Source: Desulfobacterales bacterium
GTDB lineage: Bacteria; Desulfobacterota; Desulfobacteria; Desulfobacterales; JANQIE01
NCBI GenBank assembly: GCA_028282295.1
Contig: JANQIE010000310.1
Span: forward strand, 1 to 22,723
Length of the DNA: 22,723 bases
Reading direction: 5' to 3'
In this document: piece by piece, positions 7,014-15,920 of the stretch
How the letters are laid out: each line of letters begins with the position of its first letter
How positions within the stretch are numbered: the first letter of the stretch is position 1
Position numbers and translations under genes: made by a program
Notes under the pieces: model-generated
What the model was told of the DNA's origin: nothing
The model's database searches: none
Seen by the model: the letters and a program-made list of their open reading frames with translations, nothing else

Positions 7014-10000
7014 CTACGACTCACCACTTTTATCAGGCATAGCTTTATTTCGGCTTTTCGCGGATCGCTTTCTTTCCCGCATTTCATTCTCAAGAAAAGC
7101 TACAAAATGCTGATACTTACGACTTTTCGGTTTTAAGGTCAAAGCGTTCTTAACGTCGCTGAGCGAGCGTTTGTGGTCTTTTTTGTTATACCAGGCGATG
7201 CCGCGGTTGTAGTAGGATTCGTGGTCATTGGGATCGACTTCGATGGCTTTGGTGTAGTAGGCGATGCCTTCGTCGAAGTCGCCTTTTTCGCGGATGACGC
7301 CTTGGTAGGCGGTGCGCAGGCCGGTGAGGGCGATGGCGATCTGGCTGATCTGTTTGGATTGCTTGCGGGTTTCGGTCAGGGCCGGTTCCATCCAGGCGTG
7401 CATGAGGGCGAATTGCTTTTCGATGACGTCGATCATTTCATTGGGGAGCGGGCCGGTGGTTGCGAGTGATTCGGGGCGGGCGGATTGATCGACGATGGCT
7501 TTGGTTTGGGTGATGAGTTGTTGGAGTTGGGTCATGGTTTCGTCGGAGAAGGTCATTTGCATGGGGGCTTCTTCGACCGGTGTTTGGGGTTGGGCGTTCT
7601 GGGCGGCGGTGGCGATGACTTTGCGGATGGCGTCGAGGCCTCCCTGGAAGGCGGAGAGTTGGGCCACCACACGGTTGATCGGGTCGCTGGTGTCGGCGCC
7701 CTGGAAGAGTTGTTTTTGTTTGTAGGCGGCGATGATCTCTTCCCAGCGGTCTTCTTCGGCCGGGGTGATCCAGCCGGTCATTTTCTTGAATTTGAGCAGG
7801 TTGGCTTCGGTGCCGGTGGTCAGGGTCTGGGCTTCGTTTTCGTAGTGGGCCATGATCAGGGTTTTGAGTTCGTCGTCGTTCATAATGGGGACGATTTTTT
7901 CGACAATGCGGTTCATGTTGCGGTAGGAACCCTGGAGTTTGAAGGCCGGTTCGGTGCGGTATTCGTCGGCTTGGCCGGCGGAGTAGATGTACTGCTGGTT
8001 GACCTTGAGGATGACGTCCCGGACGACCATCATCTTTTGCATGACGCTGACCATTTCATCGACTTCCTCCACCGAGTAAGTGCCGGTGAACTCGGCGCCT
8101 TCGCGGCTGTTGTTGGCGGCGATTTTGATGACGCTGTAGACGTCCTGCTGGCTTTTGCTGGCCAGTTTGTTGAGCACGGCGTTGGAGGTGAGCGAGTTTT
8201 CCAGGTAGCTCATTTCGAAATCGTCGGCGGTGTCGCCGATGATGTCGCCCAGGTTGTAGGTGTCGGCGCGGTTGGCGAGCATGTCGGGGATTTTGAATTT
8301 TTCGCCGCTTTCGGTGTAGGGATTGCCGGCCATGACCACGGCGACTTTTTTGCCGCGAAAATCGTAGGTGCGGCTGCGGCCCTTGTAGACGCCTTCGATT
8401 TTGCGCTGGGCGTCGCACAGGGAGATGAATTTTTGCAGGAACTCGGAGTTGCAGTGTTGGATGTCGTCCACGTAGATCATGACGTTGTCGCCCATTTCAA
8501 AGGAGAGGTTCAGCTTCTGCAATTCCTCCTTGGCGCTGGCGTTGGGGGCTTCGGCCGGGTCGAGGGAGGTGACGGTGTGGCCGATGGCCGGGCCGTTGAT
8601 CTTCATGAAGATGATGCCGAGCCGGTTGGCCAGGTATTCCATGAGGGTGGTCTTGCCGTAGCCGGGGGGGGAGATGAGCAGCAGCAGGCCCATGAGGTCG
8701 GTCCGTTTGCTTTCGCCGACCACGCCGACCTGTTTGGCCAGGTTGTCGCCCACCAGGGGCAGGTAGACTTTGTTGATCAGTTTGTTGCGCACAAAGGACG
8801 AGAGGATGCGCGGTTTGAATTCATCCAGGCGCATGGTGGTGCGCATGTCGTCGGTAAGTTTGCTTTTTAAGGCGTGGAAGTTTTCGTATAGCGGCCGGAC
8901 GTGTTCTTCGAACCGGGTCAGTTTGGCCATGAAGCGGATGTAGTTGAAAGCGTAGGCGCTTTTTTCGATGACGGCATGGTCGCCCACCAGGCCTTCCAGT
9001 GCGGCGGTCATGGGCACGTTGACGGCATCGCGCAGTTGCAGCAGGTTGCTTTGGTCCACCGGGTCCTTGCCGGCCACGAAGACCAGGGCGGCAGCTTCGT
9101 CGATGTAGTCGGCGGTGCCGTTTTCGTCCTGGGCGGCGGCGTAGCTGCCGACCCAATCGCGCACCAGTTCGAAGTCGTTGGCCGGGGTTTGCGTTAGGTC
9201 CTTGCGGGCGGCTTTGAATTTGGCGTCGAAGCGGTGGTGTTTGATGTGGGCTTCGAAGCCGCGGGCCAGGTCGAGGGCGGTTTTGCTGATTTCAAAATGG
9301 CCTTTGCGGGCCGGTTCGTGGTCGCAGAGTTCCAGGAACAGGTAGCGGGCCGCGGCCGGGGCATCGGTGGTGCCGAACAGGCCGTTGGTTTCCAGAAAAG
9401 CGGTGATCAGGCCGGTGAGTTCGGCGATGTAGTTGTCCTGGTCCTTGCGGTTGGGGAACAGGCTGCGGAGCTGACCGAAGGCGCTCAGTTTGGCGATGAG
9501 CAGGTCGCGGTTCTGTTTGTCGTCGTACAGGGCCCAGAAGATGCGGGCCAGGGCGCGCACCCGGGGATGGAACCGGAGCAGGCCCACGGCGAAATGGATG
9601 CCGGCCAGGGCTTTGAAGATCTTTTCGCCGTCGTTGTCGTGGATGCCTTTGGCGTAGCCTTCGGTGTAGCGCGGGCCCATAAACTGCTGCACGTGGGCGG
9701 TGAGTTCTTCGTCGTTGTCGGCGGCGATGGCGTCGAGCAGGGTTTGGCGGTCTTCGTCGGAGGCGGCTTTGAGTTCGTCGAGCAGTTTGAAAGCCAGGTA
9801 CTCGCCCCGGTAGACGTTCCTGTTTTCCGAGGGGAGGGTCATGTCCCAGACGTCGCGGGTCTGCGCGAAGGTGTCGTCTTCGATGGCTTCGAAGAAGTTG
9901 GTGCCGGTGAGGTGGAACAACTGCTGGTCGTCGCGCTTGACCACGGTGAGGTCCAGAGGCTGGCGGTTGACCGAGAACTTATGGTTGCCGAACTGGATCA

Positions 10001-12560
10001 CCTGTTCGCCGTCCACGAAGAGTTCCTGGCGGTCCTTGAGCTGGCGCACGGTGTCTTCGCGGATGGTTTTCAAGCGGGCCTGGATGTCATCGGCTTTGAC
10101 GGTGTCGCCGATCTCAAGGAGCTGGGCCACGATTTCGCGGGTTTTCTCCACCATCAGGTCCGAGGCGAAATAGCCGTTGATGGCGTTGATGTCGTCGTAG
10201 GTGGCCACGCGGGTGGCGATCCCTTTGAGAATCCGTTCAGCCGAGCGGAGCAGGGTGTCGGCCCGTTTGTTGCGCGCTTCGATGAGGCCGAGTTTGCGTG
10301 ATTCAAAGGCGTTGTAGAGTTCGTCGCGTTTTTCCGAGAGTTGCAGCACAAAGTCGTCGAAGTCGGCGAAACGGCCTTCGAGTTCTTCAATCTGGACCAT
10401 GACCTTGGTCAGGAACTCATCGCATTTTTCCGGGGTGTCGCAGATGTCCAGGTAGTTGATCACGCTCTGGTTGAGCAGCTTGATCTGGGCGTTGAACTGG
10501 GCCACCCCTTCCACGCTTTGCAGGCTCTTGATTTTGTTTTTAAGCCCGGCTTTGTGCTGGTTCAGGGTGGCGAAGACGGTGGAGATGTTGTCGATGATGC
10601 GGGTGGTCTGGGTGGCGTCCTCGATTTTTAGATTGCTCACGATTTCGATGAGCATCTCCAGTTCGGCACCGGCCTTGTCGGCTTTTTCCTGGAGCTGTTT
10701 GCCTTCGGTGACCCGGTCGAGGGCTTCGATCCGGTTGCCGATATCGGCGACCTTGGTTTCGTAAGGCGTCAGGGCTTCGGGACCGAGCAGAAATTCGACG
10801 CAGCCGGTGGACATGGCGTCGGTGGCCGCGCGGACTTTTTCCTCCAGGGCTTCGATGGCAGGCAGGTCGACGTAGCGCAGTTCTTTCAGGGAGATGATTT
10901 CGCCCCGCACGGTGCGCAGTTGCATGAGGCCGTCCACAAACAGGTCGATGCTGTCGAGTACATCCGGTTTGAGTCCGTCGAGCAGTTGCCGGGCCGCTTT
11001 GGATACCCGGCCGACTTCGTTGGCGGTGTTTTTTTTCAGGCGGACGACTTTTTCGAATTCGTCGATGGCCCCGGCCGCGGCGGCCTTGATCTCCTGGATG
11101 GCTTCCTTGATGTTGAAGGCGTCTTCACGGTCGAGCCAGAAATAGGTGTCGCTGATGTCGGTGGCTTTTTTGACCAGATCGATGTAGAGCCCGGCGTAGA
11201 TGTCTTCGCGGCTGAGGAGTTTGAACAGTTCGTTGCATTCGGCCATGCAGCGGACGATGTCGGGATTGCCGATTTTGTAAAGGAAACTGTCGCTTTTTTC
11301 GGTGACGGCGTGGGTGCTTTCGATAAAAGGCGTTTGCCAGATTTGCACCACGTGGTGACGGGTCGGTTCCTCGTCGCTGCGGAAATAGAGCATTTCGCCG
11401 TTGGCGAAGTTGGAAAAGCCGCTGCAGGTGATCGGGTTTTCGACCTTTTGTTCGATGATGTTATAGGGCAGCAGGGCGTAGTCGCCGGAGTCGCGTTTGT
11501 AGAAGCTGAAGAGAAAGTCCTCGCCGTTGGCCGAGGTGATGCGGTTTTCAAAGACCATCTGGGGGGCGCCGTTTTCAAACTGTTTGAGTTCGCCGGTCTG
11601 CAAGTAGTAGCCGTTGGCGAAGATCAGGCCCTGGTCGTCGGGCAGGAGCACGCAGGCCGCGCCGATGGCGTCCACCCGGCAGACTTCCTGGATTTTTTCG
11701 TTGAAGATGAAATAGCGGGTTTCCTTTTCCATGTAGGGCTGGATGCGCACCAGGATCATGTGGCCGACAACGGCGTAGTCGATCTGGGCGTCGTCCAGGG
11801 TCTGGTCCGGGTTTTCCACCGGTTCGGCATAGATGCCCTGGCCCGAGGCGGTGTTGTCTTCGACCTTGAAAGTGATGTCGCCGCCCACGGCTTCCACGAA
11901 GAGGCGGTCTTCAATGGAGATGTGTGGGAATTCGCCGAACCGGTGGGCGTCGCGGGTGGTCCGTTCCCAGGTGAATTCGTGCTGGGGCGGGAATTTGAAT
12001 TCGTGGTCGCTGCGGTTGTCCACGTAGTCGAGTTTGCCGTCCTGCAGGACCCACTTGAAGGTTTTGATGTCGGTGACGGCTTTGCCCACCCGGAAGACCA
12101 TGAACAGGTAGGGGCCGATGATGGAGAATTTTACGAAGGCCGTGTCCTTGTAATATTTGTAGAGGGCCTGGAAGTCTTCTTCGAAGCGTCCGGTTTTGAG
12201 GATGTCGAGGGGTTGGGCGGTGAAGGTGCGGTCTTTGTATTCGTAGACCGCGAAAACGTCGCTGAGCCGGGTTTCGGTTTTCAGGCCCATGTGGACGTTG
12301 TAGCCGAAGATGAAGCATTCGTCGGACAGGGCCACCATATCGCGCGGGGTGCAGTTGTTGCTGGTGGTGAGCCGTTCGGTGGCCAGCAGGGTCGGTTCGA
12401 TGGCCCCGAAGATGTCCTTGCGGGCCTGGTTGAGTTGGCCCAGGCGGTTTTTCAGTTCCTTGCCGTGGGACAGGAGCCGTTTGCGGATGATTTCGTAGGT
12501 GTCGCCTTCCAGGATGGTGTCCTGTTGCGGGGTGGGGCTGGTTTCTTCGGGTGCGGTCAT
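7014..12560 (-). CDS. Giant multidomain protein (1848 aa). An N-terminal ~600-aa domain of unknown fold is followed by a long coiled coil and a MoxR/AAA_5-type ATPase, ending in C-terminal TPR repeats.
   Basis: Uninterrupted 5.5-kb ORF with ATG at 12560 and RBS AAGGAAAT. Walker A LLLISPPGYGKTTL, Walker B VMIYVDD, and the sensor region VMAGNPYTESGEKFKIPDMLANRAD (MoxR/McrB/dynein-type) are present. The C-terminal repeats AYYTKAIEVDPNDHESYYNRGIAWYNKKDHKRSLSDVKNAL are TPR-like. The central region is heptad-rich, charged and predicted coiled coil. Confidence 0.85.
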   Translation of the reverse strand: MTAPEETSPTPQQDTILEGDTYEIIRKRLLSHGKELKNRLGQLNQARKDIFGAIEPTLLATERLTTSNNCTPRDMVALSDECFIFGYNVHMGLKTETRLSDVFAVYEYKDRTFTAQPLDILKTGRFEEDFQALYKYYKDTAFVKFSIIGPYLFMVFRVGKAVTDIKTFKWVLQDGKLDYVDNRSDHEFKFPPQHEFTWERTTRDAHRFGEFPHISIEDRLFVEAVGGDITFKVEDNTASGQGIYAEPVENPDQTLDDAQIDYAVVGHMILVRIQPYMEKETRYFIFNEKIQEVCRVDAIGAACVLLPDDQGLIFANGYYLQTGELKQFENGAPQMVFENRITSANGEDFLFSFYKRDSGDYALLPYNIIEQKVENPITCSGFSNFANGEMLYFRSDEEPTRHHVVQIWQTPFIESTHAVTEKSDSFLYKIGNPDIVRCMAECNELFKLLSREDIYAGLYIDLVKKATDISDTYFWLDREDAFNIKEAIQEIKAAAAGAIDEFEKVVRLKKNTANEVGRVSKAARQLLDGLKPDVLDSIDLFVDGLMQLRTVRGEIISLKELRYVDLPAIEALEEKVRAATDAMSTGCVEFLLGPEALTPYETKVADIGNRIEALDRVTEGKQLQEKADKAGAELEMLIEIVSNLKIEDATQTTRIIDNISTVFATLNQHKAGLKNKIKSLQSVEGVAQFNAQIKLLNQSVINYLDICDTPEKCDEFLTKVMVQIEELEGRFADFDDFVLQLSEKRDELYNAFESRKLGLIEARNKRADTLLRSAERILKGIATRVATYDDINAINGYFASDLMVEKTREIVAQLLEIGDTVKADDIQARLKTIREDTVRQLKDRQELFVDGEQVIQFGNHKFSVNRQPLDLTVVKRDDQQLFHLTGTNFFEAIEDDTFAQTRDVWDMTLPSENRNVYRGEYLAFKLLDELKAASDEDRQTLLDAIAADNDEELTAHVQQFMGPRYTEGYAKGIHDNDGEKIFKALAGIHFAVGLLRFHPRVRALARIFWALYDDKQNRDLLIAKLSAFGQLRSLFPNRKDQDNYIAELTGLITAFLETNGLFGTTDAPAAARYLFLELCDHEPARKGHFEISKTALDLARGFEAHIKHHRFDAKFKAARKDLTQTPANDFELVRDWVGSYAAAQDENGTADYIDEAAALVFVAGKDPVDQSNLLQLRDAVNVPMTAALEGLVGDHAVIEKSAYAFNYIRFMAKLTRFEEHVRPLYENFHALKSKLTDDMRTTMRLDEFKPRILSSFVRNKLINKVYLPLVGDNLAKQVGVVGESKRTDLMGLLLLISPPGYGKTTLMEYLANRLGIIFMKINGPAIGHTVTSLDPAEAPNASAKEELQKLNLSFEMGDNVMIYVDDIQHCNSEFLQKFISLCDAQRKIEGVYKGRSRTYDFRGKKVAVVMAGNPYTESGEKFKIPDMLANRADTYNLGDIIGDTADDFEMSYLENSLTSNAVLNKLASKSQQDVYSVIKIAANNSREGAEFTGTYSVEEVDEMVSVMQKMMVVRDVILKVNQQYIYSAGQADEYRTEPAFKLQGSYRNMNRIVEKIVPIMNDDELKTLIMAHYENEAQTLTTGTEANLLKFKKMTGWITPAEEDRWEEIIAAYKQKQLFQGADTSDPINRVVAQLSAFQGGLDAIRKVIATAAQNAQPQTPVEEAPMQMTFSDETMTQLQQLITQTKAIVDQSARPESLATTGPLPNEMIDVIEKQFALMHAWMEPALTETRKQSKQISQIAIALTGLRTAYQGVIREKGDFDEGIAYYTKAIEVDPNDHESYYNRGIAWYNKKDHKRSLSDVKNALTLKPKSRKYQHFVAFLENEMRERKRSAKSRNKAMPDKSGES

Positions 12561-12684
12561 GCGGGTATTTCCTTGTTAGTGGTTTGTAACCGGTTGCTGT
12601 GCGTTTGTGTCATTGCGGGATTGTCCCGGAAATAATCGTTTTTTTTTGCCCTGAGCCTCCGATAAACGCTGTGGGAGAGGTCTT

Positions 12685-13140
12685 TTTGTCGATTTGATTC
12701 TGGACCCCGGCGTTCGCCGGGGTGACGGGGGGGTGGGTGTGGTTGCGGTTGTGCTAGCGGTGCAACCTGTCGCGGGTAGCGGCGTTTTTTGCCTCACCCG
12801 GTCGTCATGCCGGACTTGATCCGGCCTCCAGCATCTAATGGGCTATATCCTCTTAAAATCGTCTCCCGGCGTTCGTCGGGGGAAAATGTATTTTGTCGAT
12901 CTGATTCTGGACCCCGGCGTTCGCCGGGGTGACGGGGGGTGTGGGTGTGGTTGCGGTTGTGCTAGCGGTGCAACCTGTCGCGGGTAGCGGCGTTTTTGCC
13001 TCACCCGGTCGTCATGCCGGACTTGATCCGGTATCCAGAATCTAATGGGCTATATCCTTTTAAATTGTCTCCCGGCGTTCGTCGGGGGAAAATGTATTTT
13101 GTCGATCTGATTCTGGACCCCGGCGTTCGCCGGGGTGACG
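12685..13140. repeat. Tandem repeat with a 206-bp period: two full units (12685-12890 and 12891-13096) plus a 44-bp partial third unit.
   Basis: Near-identical units begin TTTTGTCGAT(T/C)TGATTCTGGACCCCGGCGTTCGCCGGGGTGACG. Each unit contains several GC-rich hairpins, e.g. CCCCGGCG-TT-CGCCGGGG and TGCCGGA-CTTGA-TCCGGCA. The array lies in the upstream region of the giant gene. Confidence 0.9.
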
Positions 13141-13232
13141 AGAGGGTGGTCGATTTTATGGAGCTTTCTATCGGCGGTAGCAGCACCCTTTTCAAAAGCT
13201 GTTGTCATTCCGGCGAAAGCCGGAATCCAGAA
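13097..13232. repeat. Direct repeat copy A (~136 bp). It consists of a module shared with the tandem array plus a module carrying the TTCCGGC-GAAA-GCCGGAA hairpin. It flanks the GIY-YIG gene.
   Basis: Near-identical to 13601-13736, with 3 mismatches by eye. The GNRA-loop hairpin is at 13208-13225. Confidence 0.85.
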
Positions 13233-13266
13233 TCGTTAATCGTTTTTTTAACCACCTTTAAGGCCG

Positions 13267-13557
13267 CTAAATAACAGATTGGTAAAGATCTTCCCAATTC
13301 GGATTTTTTTCTTCGATCAGATCTAACTTCCAGATGCGCTTCCAATCTTTTAACCGCTTTTCCCGAACGATCGCGGATTCCATATTTTCGTGCAGTTCGT
13401 ACCAGACCAGTTGGTAGACGTTGTAGCGCTTGGTAAATCCAGCCACCTTGTCATTTTTATGCTCCCAAATGCGTTTTGCGAGGTTTGATGTTACACCGAC
13501 GTAGAGTGTACCATTGCGCGCGTTCGCTAAAATGTAAACAGCCGGTTGCTTTTGCAT
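13267..13557 (-). CDS. Small GIY-YIG family nuclease (96 aa), YhbQ/YazA-like.
   Basis: The GIY-YIG core AVYILANARNGTLYVGVTSNLAKRIWEH is present. A conserved Glu/Arg region (REKRLKDW) follows. ATG at 13557. Confidence 0.85.
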   Translation of the reverse strand: MQKQPAVYILANARNGTLYVGVTSNLAKRIWEHKNDKVAGFTKRYNVYQLVWYELHENMESAIVREKRLKDWKRIWKLDLIEEKNPNWEDLYQSVI

Positions 13558-13600
13558 GGTTGTTTGCTCAAGTTTCGGTTTATACCGGTACGCAAAGGTA

Positions 13601-13736
13601 TTCTGTCGATCTGATTCTGGACCCCGGCGTTCGCCGGGGTGACGAGAGGGTGGTCGATTTTATGATGCTTTCTATCGGCAGTAGCAGCACCCTTTTCAAA
13701 AGCTGTTGTCATTCCGGCGAAAGCCGGAATCCAGAA
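13601..13736. repeat. Direct repeat copy B (~136 bp), partner of 13097-13232. It lies in the 3' region of the flotillin gene.
   Basis: Same sequence as copy A, with a GAAA-loop hairpin at 13712-13729. Confidence 0.85.
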
Positions 13737-13843
13737 GGTTTTTATCCGGTAGCCTGTGGTTTGCCTTGCTTCAACTGCGTCAAGTTGATGATTCGCCGGC
13801 CCTGTCTATGTTTCAGAGAAGACCGGTTTATTGCCTGCCGGGC

Positions 13844-15904
13844 TTATTCACTTGCGGTTGCTTTCGCCTTCACCGCGTCGACGATTTTATCCCCCACCCC
13901 CGACCGCTCGGCCATGGCCAGCAGGTCGTAGAGCTGACCGCGCTCGTCGGCGTTGTCGGTGAGGCTGATCAGCTTGGTCAGGGCGGCGGAGACCGACAGG
14001 TCTTTCAGGTCGCCGGCGCTGATGCCGAATTGGTTGAAAAAGCGTTTGATACGGGCGTGGAAATATTCCGGGTCGCTGTTGAAGAAGGTCTCCTTGACGT
14101 CGCTGAGAACCTTGCTGTTGTGCACGTAACGGTCCACGGCTTTGCCGCCGGTGACGGCGTGGGTGATTTTGTCGAAGAACATGGACTCACCGCCCACGAT
14201 GTCGACTTTGGCCGTTTTGAGGGCTTCACCCAAAACCACGGCCTGCTGCTCGGCGATCTGCTTGCGGTTGTCGATCTCGGCCAGTTCAATGGCTTTTTCT
14301 TTGTCCAGTTCCAGTTTGAATTCCTCGTGTTCGCGGCCCACGGCGTCGAGCAGCTTCATGGCGTTGGCTTTGTCTTCGATGCCCTTGGCTTCGGCCTGGA
14401 ATTTCATTGTCAGCACCTTGGCTTCGGCTTCGCCTTTTTGTTCGATGAGAAAATTGTTCTGCTCGGTGACCTTGACGTCGGCCAGGCCCGGCGCGGCGTG
14501 TTCGGCAACGGCGGCGTCGGCAAGCATTTTTTTGGCCGTGGATTCTTTTTCCGCCGCGCTTTGGGTGGCTTCGGCCAGGATGACTTTCTCCTCGGCCTGC
14601 ATTTCAGCGGCGGTCTTGGAGGCTTCGGCGCCGGTAACGGTTTCGTAGCGCGCTTCGTCGGCTTTGAGCTCGGCGGCTTTCTTGGCGGCTTCGGCGCCCT
14701 TGATTTCAATGACCAGGGCCTGTTCAGCGTCCTTTTCGGCCTGGGTCACGGCCACCCGTTTTTCACGGTCGGCGGTGGCAAATGCCTGGGTGTCCTTGAT
14801 CCGTTCCTGTTCTTCGACCACGGTTTTTTCCACCATGACCCGCTCGCGGATGACGTCCTGAATCGCCTTTTTCTCCACTTCTACCGATTTGTCCTTTTCG
14901 ATGCCGGCCAGGGCCACCACCCGTTCGCGCTCGGTGGCTTCGAGCAGTTGGTCCTTTTGCACGCGCTCGTTTTCAATGGCTTCGGTGCGCTCCTTGTTTT
15001 TTTGGGCCACGATGATCTGGCGCTCCTTGTTTTGCTCGGCGACAAGGACTTCTTCTTCCGTGCGGATGCGGGCCGATTCGGCTTTTAAATGTTCTTCCTG
15101 CTGGATCTTTTTTGTCTCGGCTTCCTCGCGGGCCTTGTTGGCTTCAACTTCGCGTTGCTGCCGGTTTTCCGATTCGGCCAGTTGGCGGTTGAGTTCCAGG
15201 ATCGCTTCCTTGGCCTCCACGTCCTGTTTGGTGATGGTCTTTTCCTTTTCACGCTCGATCTCGTTGGCCCGGATTTTTTGCTCGGCGGTCAGGCCGGTGA
15301 TTTTTTTGATACCTTCGGAATCGAGAATGTTGTCCGGGTTGAGCATGTCCACGGAGGTTTGCTCCAGAAAATCGATGGCGGCGTCGTCGAGCACAAAGCC
15401 GTTCAGGTCGGTGCCGATGTTTTTCAGGATTTCCTCTTTGAAGCGTTCGCGCGAGGTGTACAGTTCCACGAAATCGAATTGCTTGCCCACGGTTTTCAGG
15501 GCTTCGGAAAATTTGGCTTCGAACAGTTCCTGGAGGGCGTCGCGGTGTGAGGCCCGGTCGCAGCCGATGGATTGGGCCACCTTCAACACGTCTTCGACGG
15601 TTTTGTTCACGCGTACGAAAAAGGCCACTTTTATATCGGCGCGCATGTTGTCCATACAGATCAGGCCTTCCTGGCCGTTGCGGTCGATATTGACCCGCTT
15701 GACCGAGATGTCGATCAATTCGAAGCGGTGCAGCACCGGGATGACGATGATACCGGAAAAAGAGACTTTGGTTCCGCCCATGCCGTTGCGCACGATGGCC
15801 TGACCCTGCTCCACCTTGCGGTAGCATTTGACGAGCATGGCAAAGATACCGACCAGGATTAAAATGACAATTGTGATGGCAATTCCGATTACAGTTTGTG
15901 GCAT
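13844..15904 (-). CDS. Flotillin-like SPFH/band-7 protein (686 aa), YqiK/FloT-like.
   Basis: An N-terminal transmembrane helix is followed by an SPFH domain (…GGTKVSFSGIIVIPVLHRFELIDISVKRVNID…). A very long Glu/Ala/Lys-rich coiled-coil (EA-repeat) region and a C-terminal flotillin-tail domain follow. ATG at 15904 with a strong RBS GGAGGAG. It starts 16 bp after the upstream NfeD-like gene. Confidence 0.9.
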   Translation of the reverse strand: MPQTVIGIAITIVILILVGIFAMLVKCYRKVEQGQAIVRNGMGGTKVSFSGIIVIPVLHRFELIDISVKRVNIDRNGQEGLICMDNMRADIKVAFFVRVNKTVEDVLKVAQSIGCDRASHRDALQELFEAKFSEALKTVGKQFDFVELYTSRERFKEEILKNIGTDLNGFVLDDAAIDFLEQTSVDMLNPDNILDSEGIKKITGLTAEQKIRANEIEREKEKTITKQDVEAKEAILELNRQLAESENRQQREVEANKAREEAETKKIQQEEHLKAESARIRTEEEVLVAEQNKERQIIVAQKNKERTEAIENERVQKDQLLEATERERVVALAGIEKDKSVEVEKKAIQDVIRERVMVEKTVVEEQERIKDTQAFATADREKRVAVTQAEKDAEQALVIEIKGAEAAKKAAELKADEARYETVTGAEASKTAAEMQAEEKVILAEATQSAAEKESTAKKMLADAAVAEHAAPGLADVKVTEQNNFLIEQKGEAEAKVLTMKFQAEAKGIEDKANAMKLLDAVGREHEEFKLELDKEKAIELAEIDNRKQIAEQQAVVLGEALKTAKVDIVGGESMFFDKITHAVTGGKAVDRYVHNSKVLSDVKETFFNSDPEYFHARIKRFFNQFGISAGDLKDLSVSAALTKLISLTDNADERGQLYDLLAMAERSGVGDKIVDAVKAKATASE

Positions 15905-15920
15905 GTTGCTCCTCCGTTAT

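Noticed and set aside
6812-7093. 93-aa minus-strand ORF spanning the island/chromosome junction and overlapping the 3' end of the giant gene.
   Set aside because: It overlaps the TPR-encoding end of the giant gene in another frame. It also runs through a hairpin repeat copy (peptide …SFRRTPESR…). It is most likely spurious.
8056-9156. Minus-strand Arg/Pro/Gln-rich ORFs (120 and 111 aa) in an alternative frame of the giant gene.
   Set aside because: These are out-of-frame reads of GC-rich coding sequence, with highly biased R/P/Q composition, nested inside a well-supported gene.
7173-12635. Long plus-strand ORFs (98, 461, 355, 96, 102, 571 aa, etc.) overlapping the giant minus-strand gene, with G/V/A/D/F-rich translations.
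   Set aside because: These are typical antisense shadow ORFs of a high-GC gene with strong GC3 bias. Their composition is low-complexity, and they have no RBS-supported start independent of the real gene. The minus-strand 1848-aa ORF, with its clear ATPase and TPR motifs, explains the region.
12685-13140. Possible CRISPR array.
   Set aside because: The units are 206 bp and near-identical across their whole length, with no short repeat/unique spacer alternation. This is a tandem duplication of a composite hairpin element, not CRISPR.
12996-13931. ORFs of 92 aa, 64 aa, 151 aa and 61 aa covering the repeat units (peptides containing PGVRRGDE, SCCHSGESRNPE, VIPAKAGIQ-like strings).
   Set aside because: These are translations of the palindromic repeat modules in various frames. 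The same peptide strings recur because the DNA repeats recur. They are not genes.
13844-15904. Multiple plus-strand ORFs (460, 168, 304, 153 aa) and minus-strand alternative-frame ORFs (99, 192 aa) overlapping the flotillin gene.
   Set aside because: These are shadow or alternative-frame ORFs with low-complexity A/S/R/P-rich composition. The flotillin reading frame has clear SPFH and coiled-coil domains and a strong RBS.
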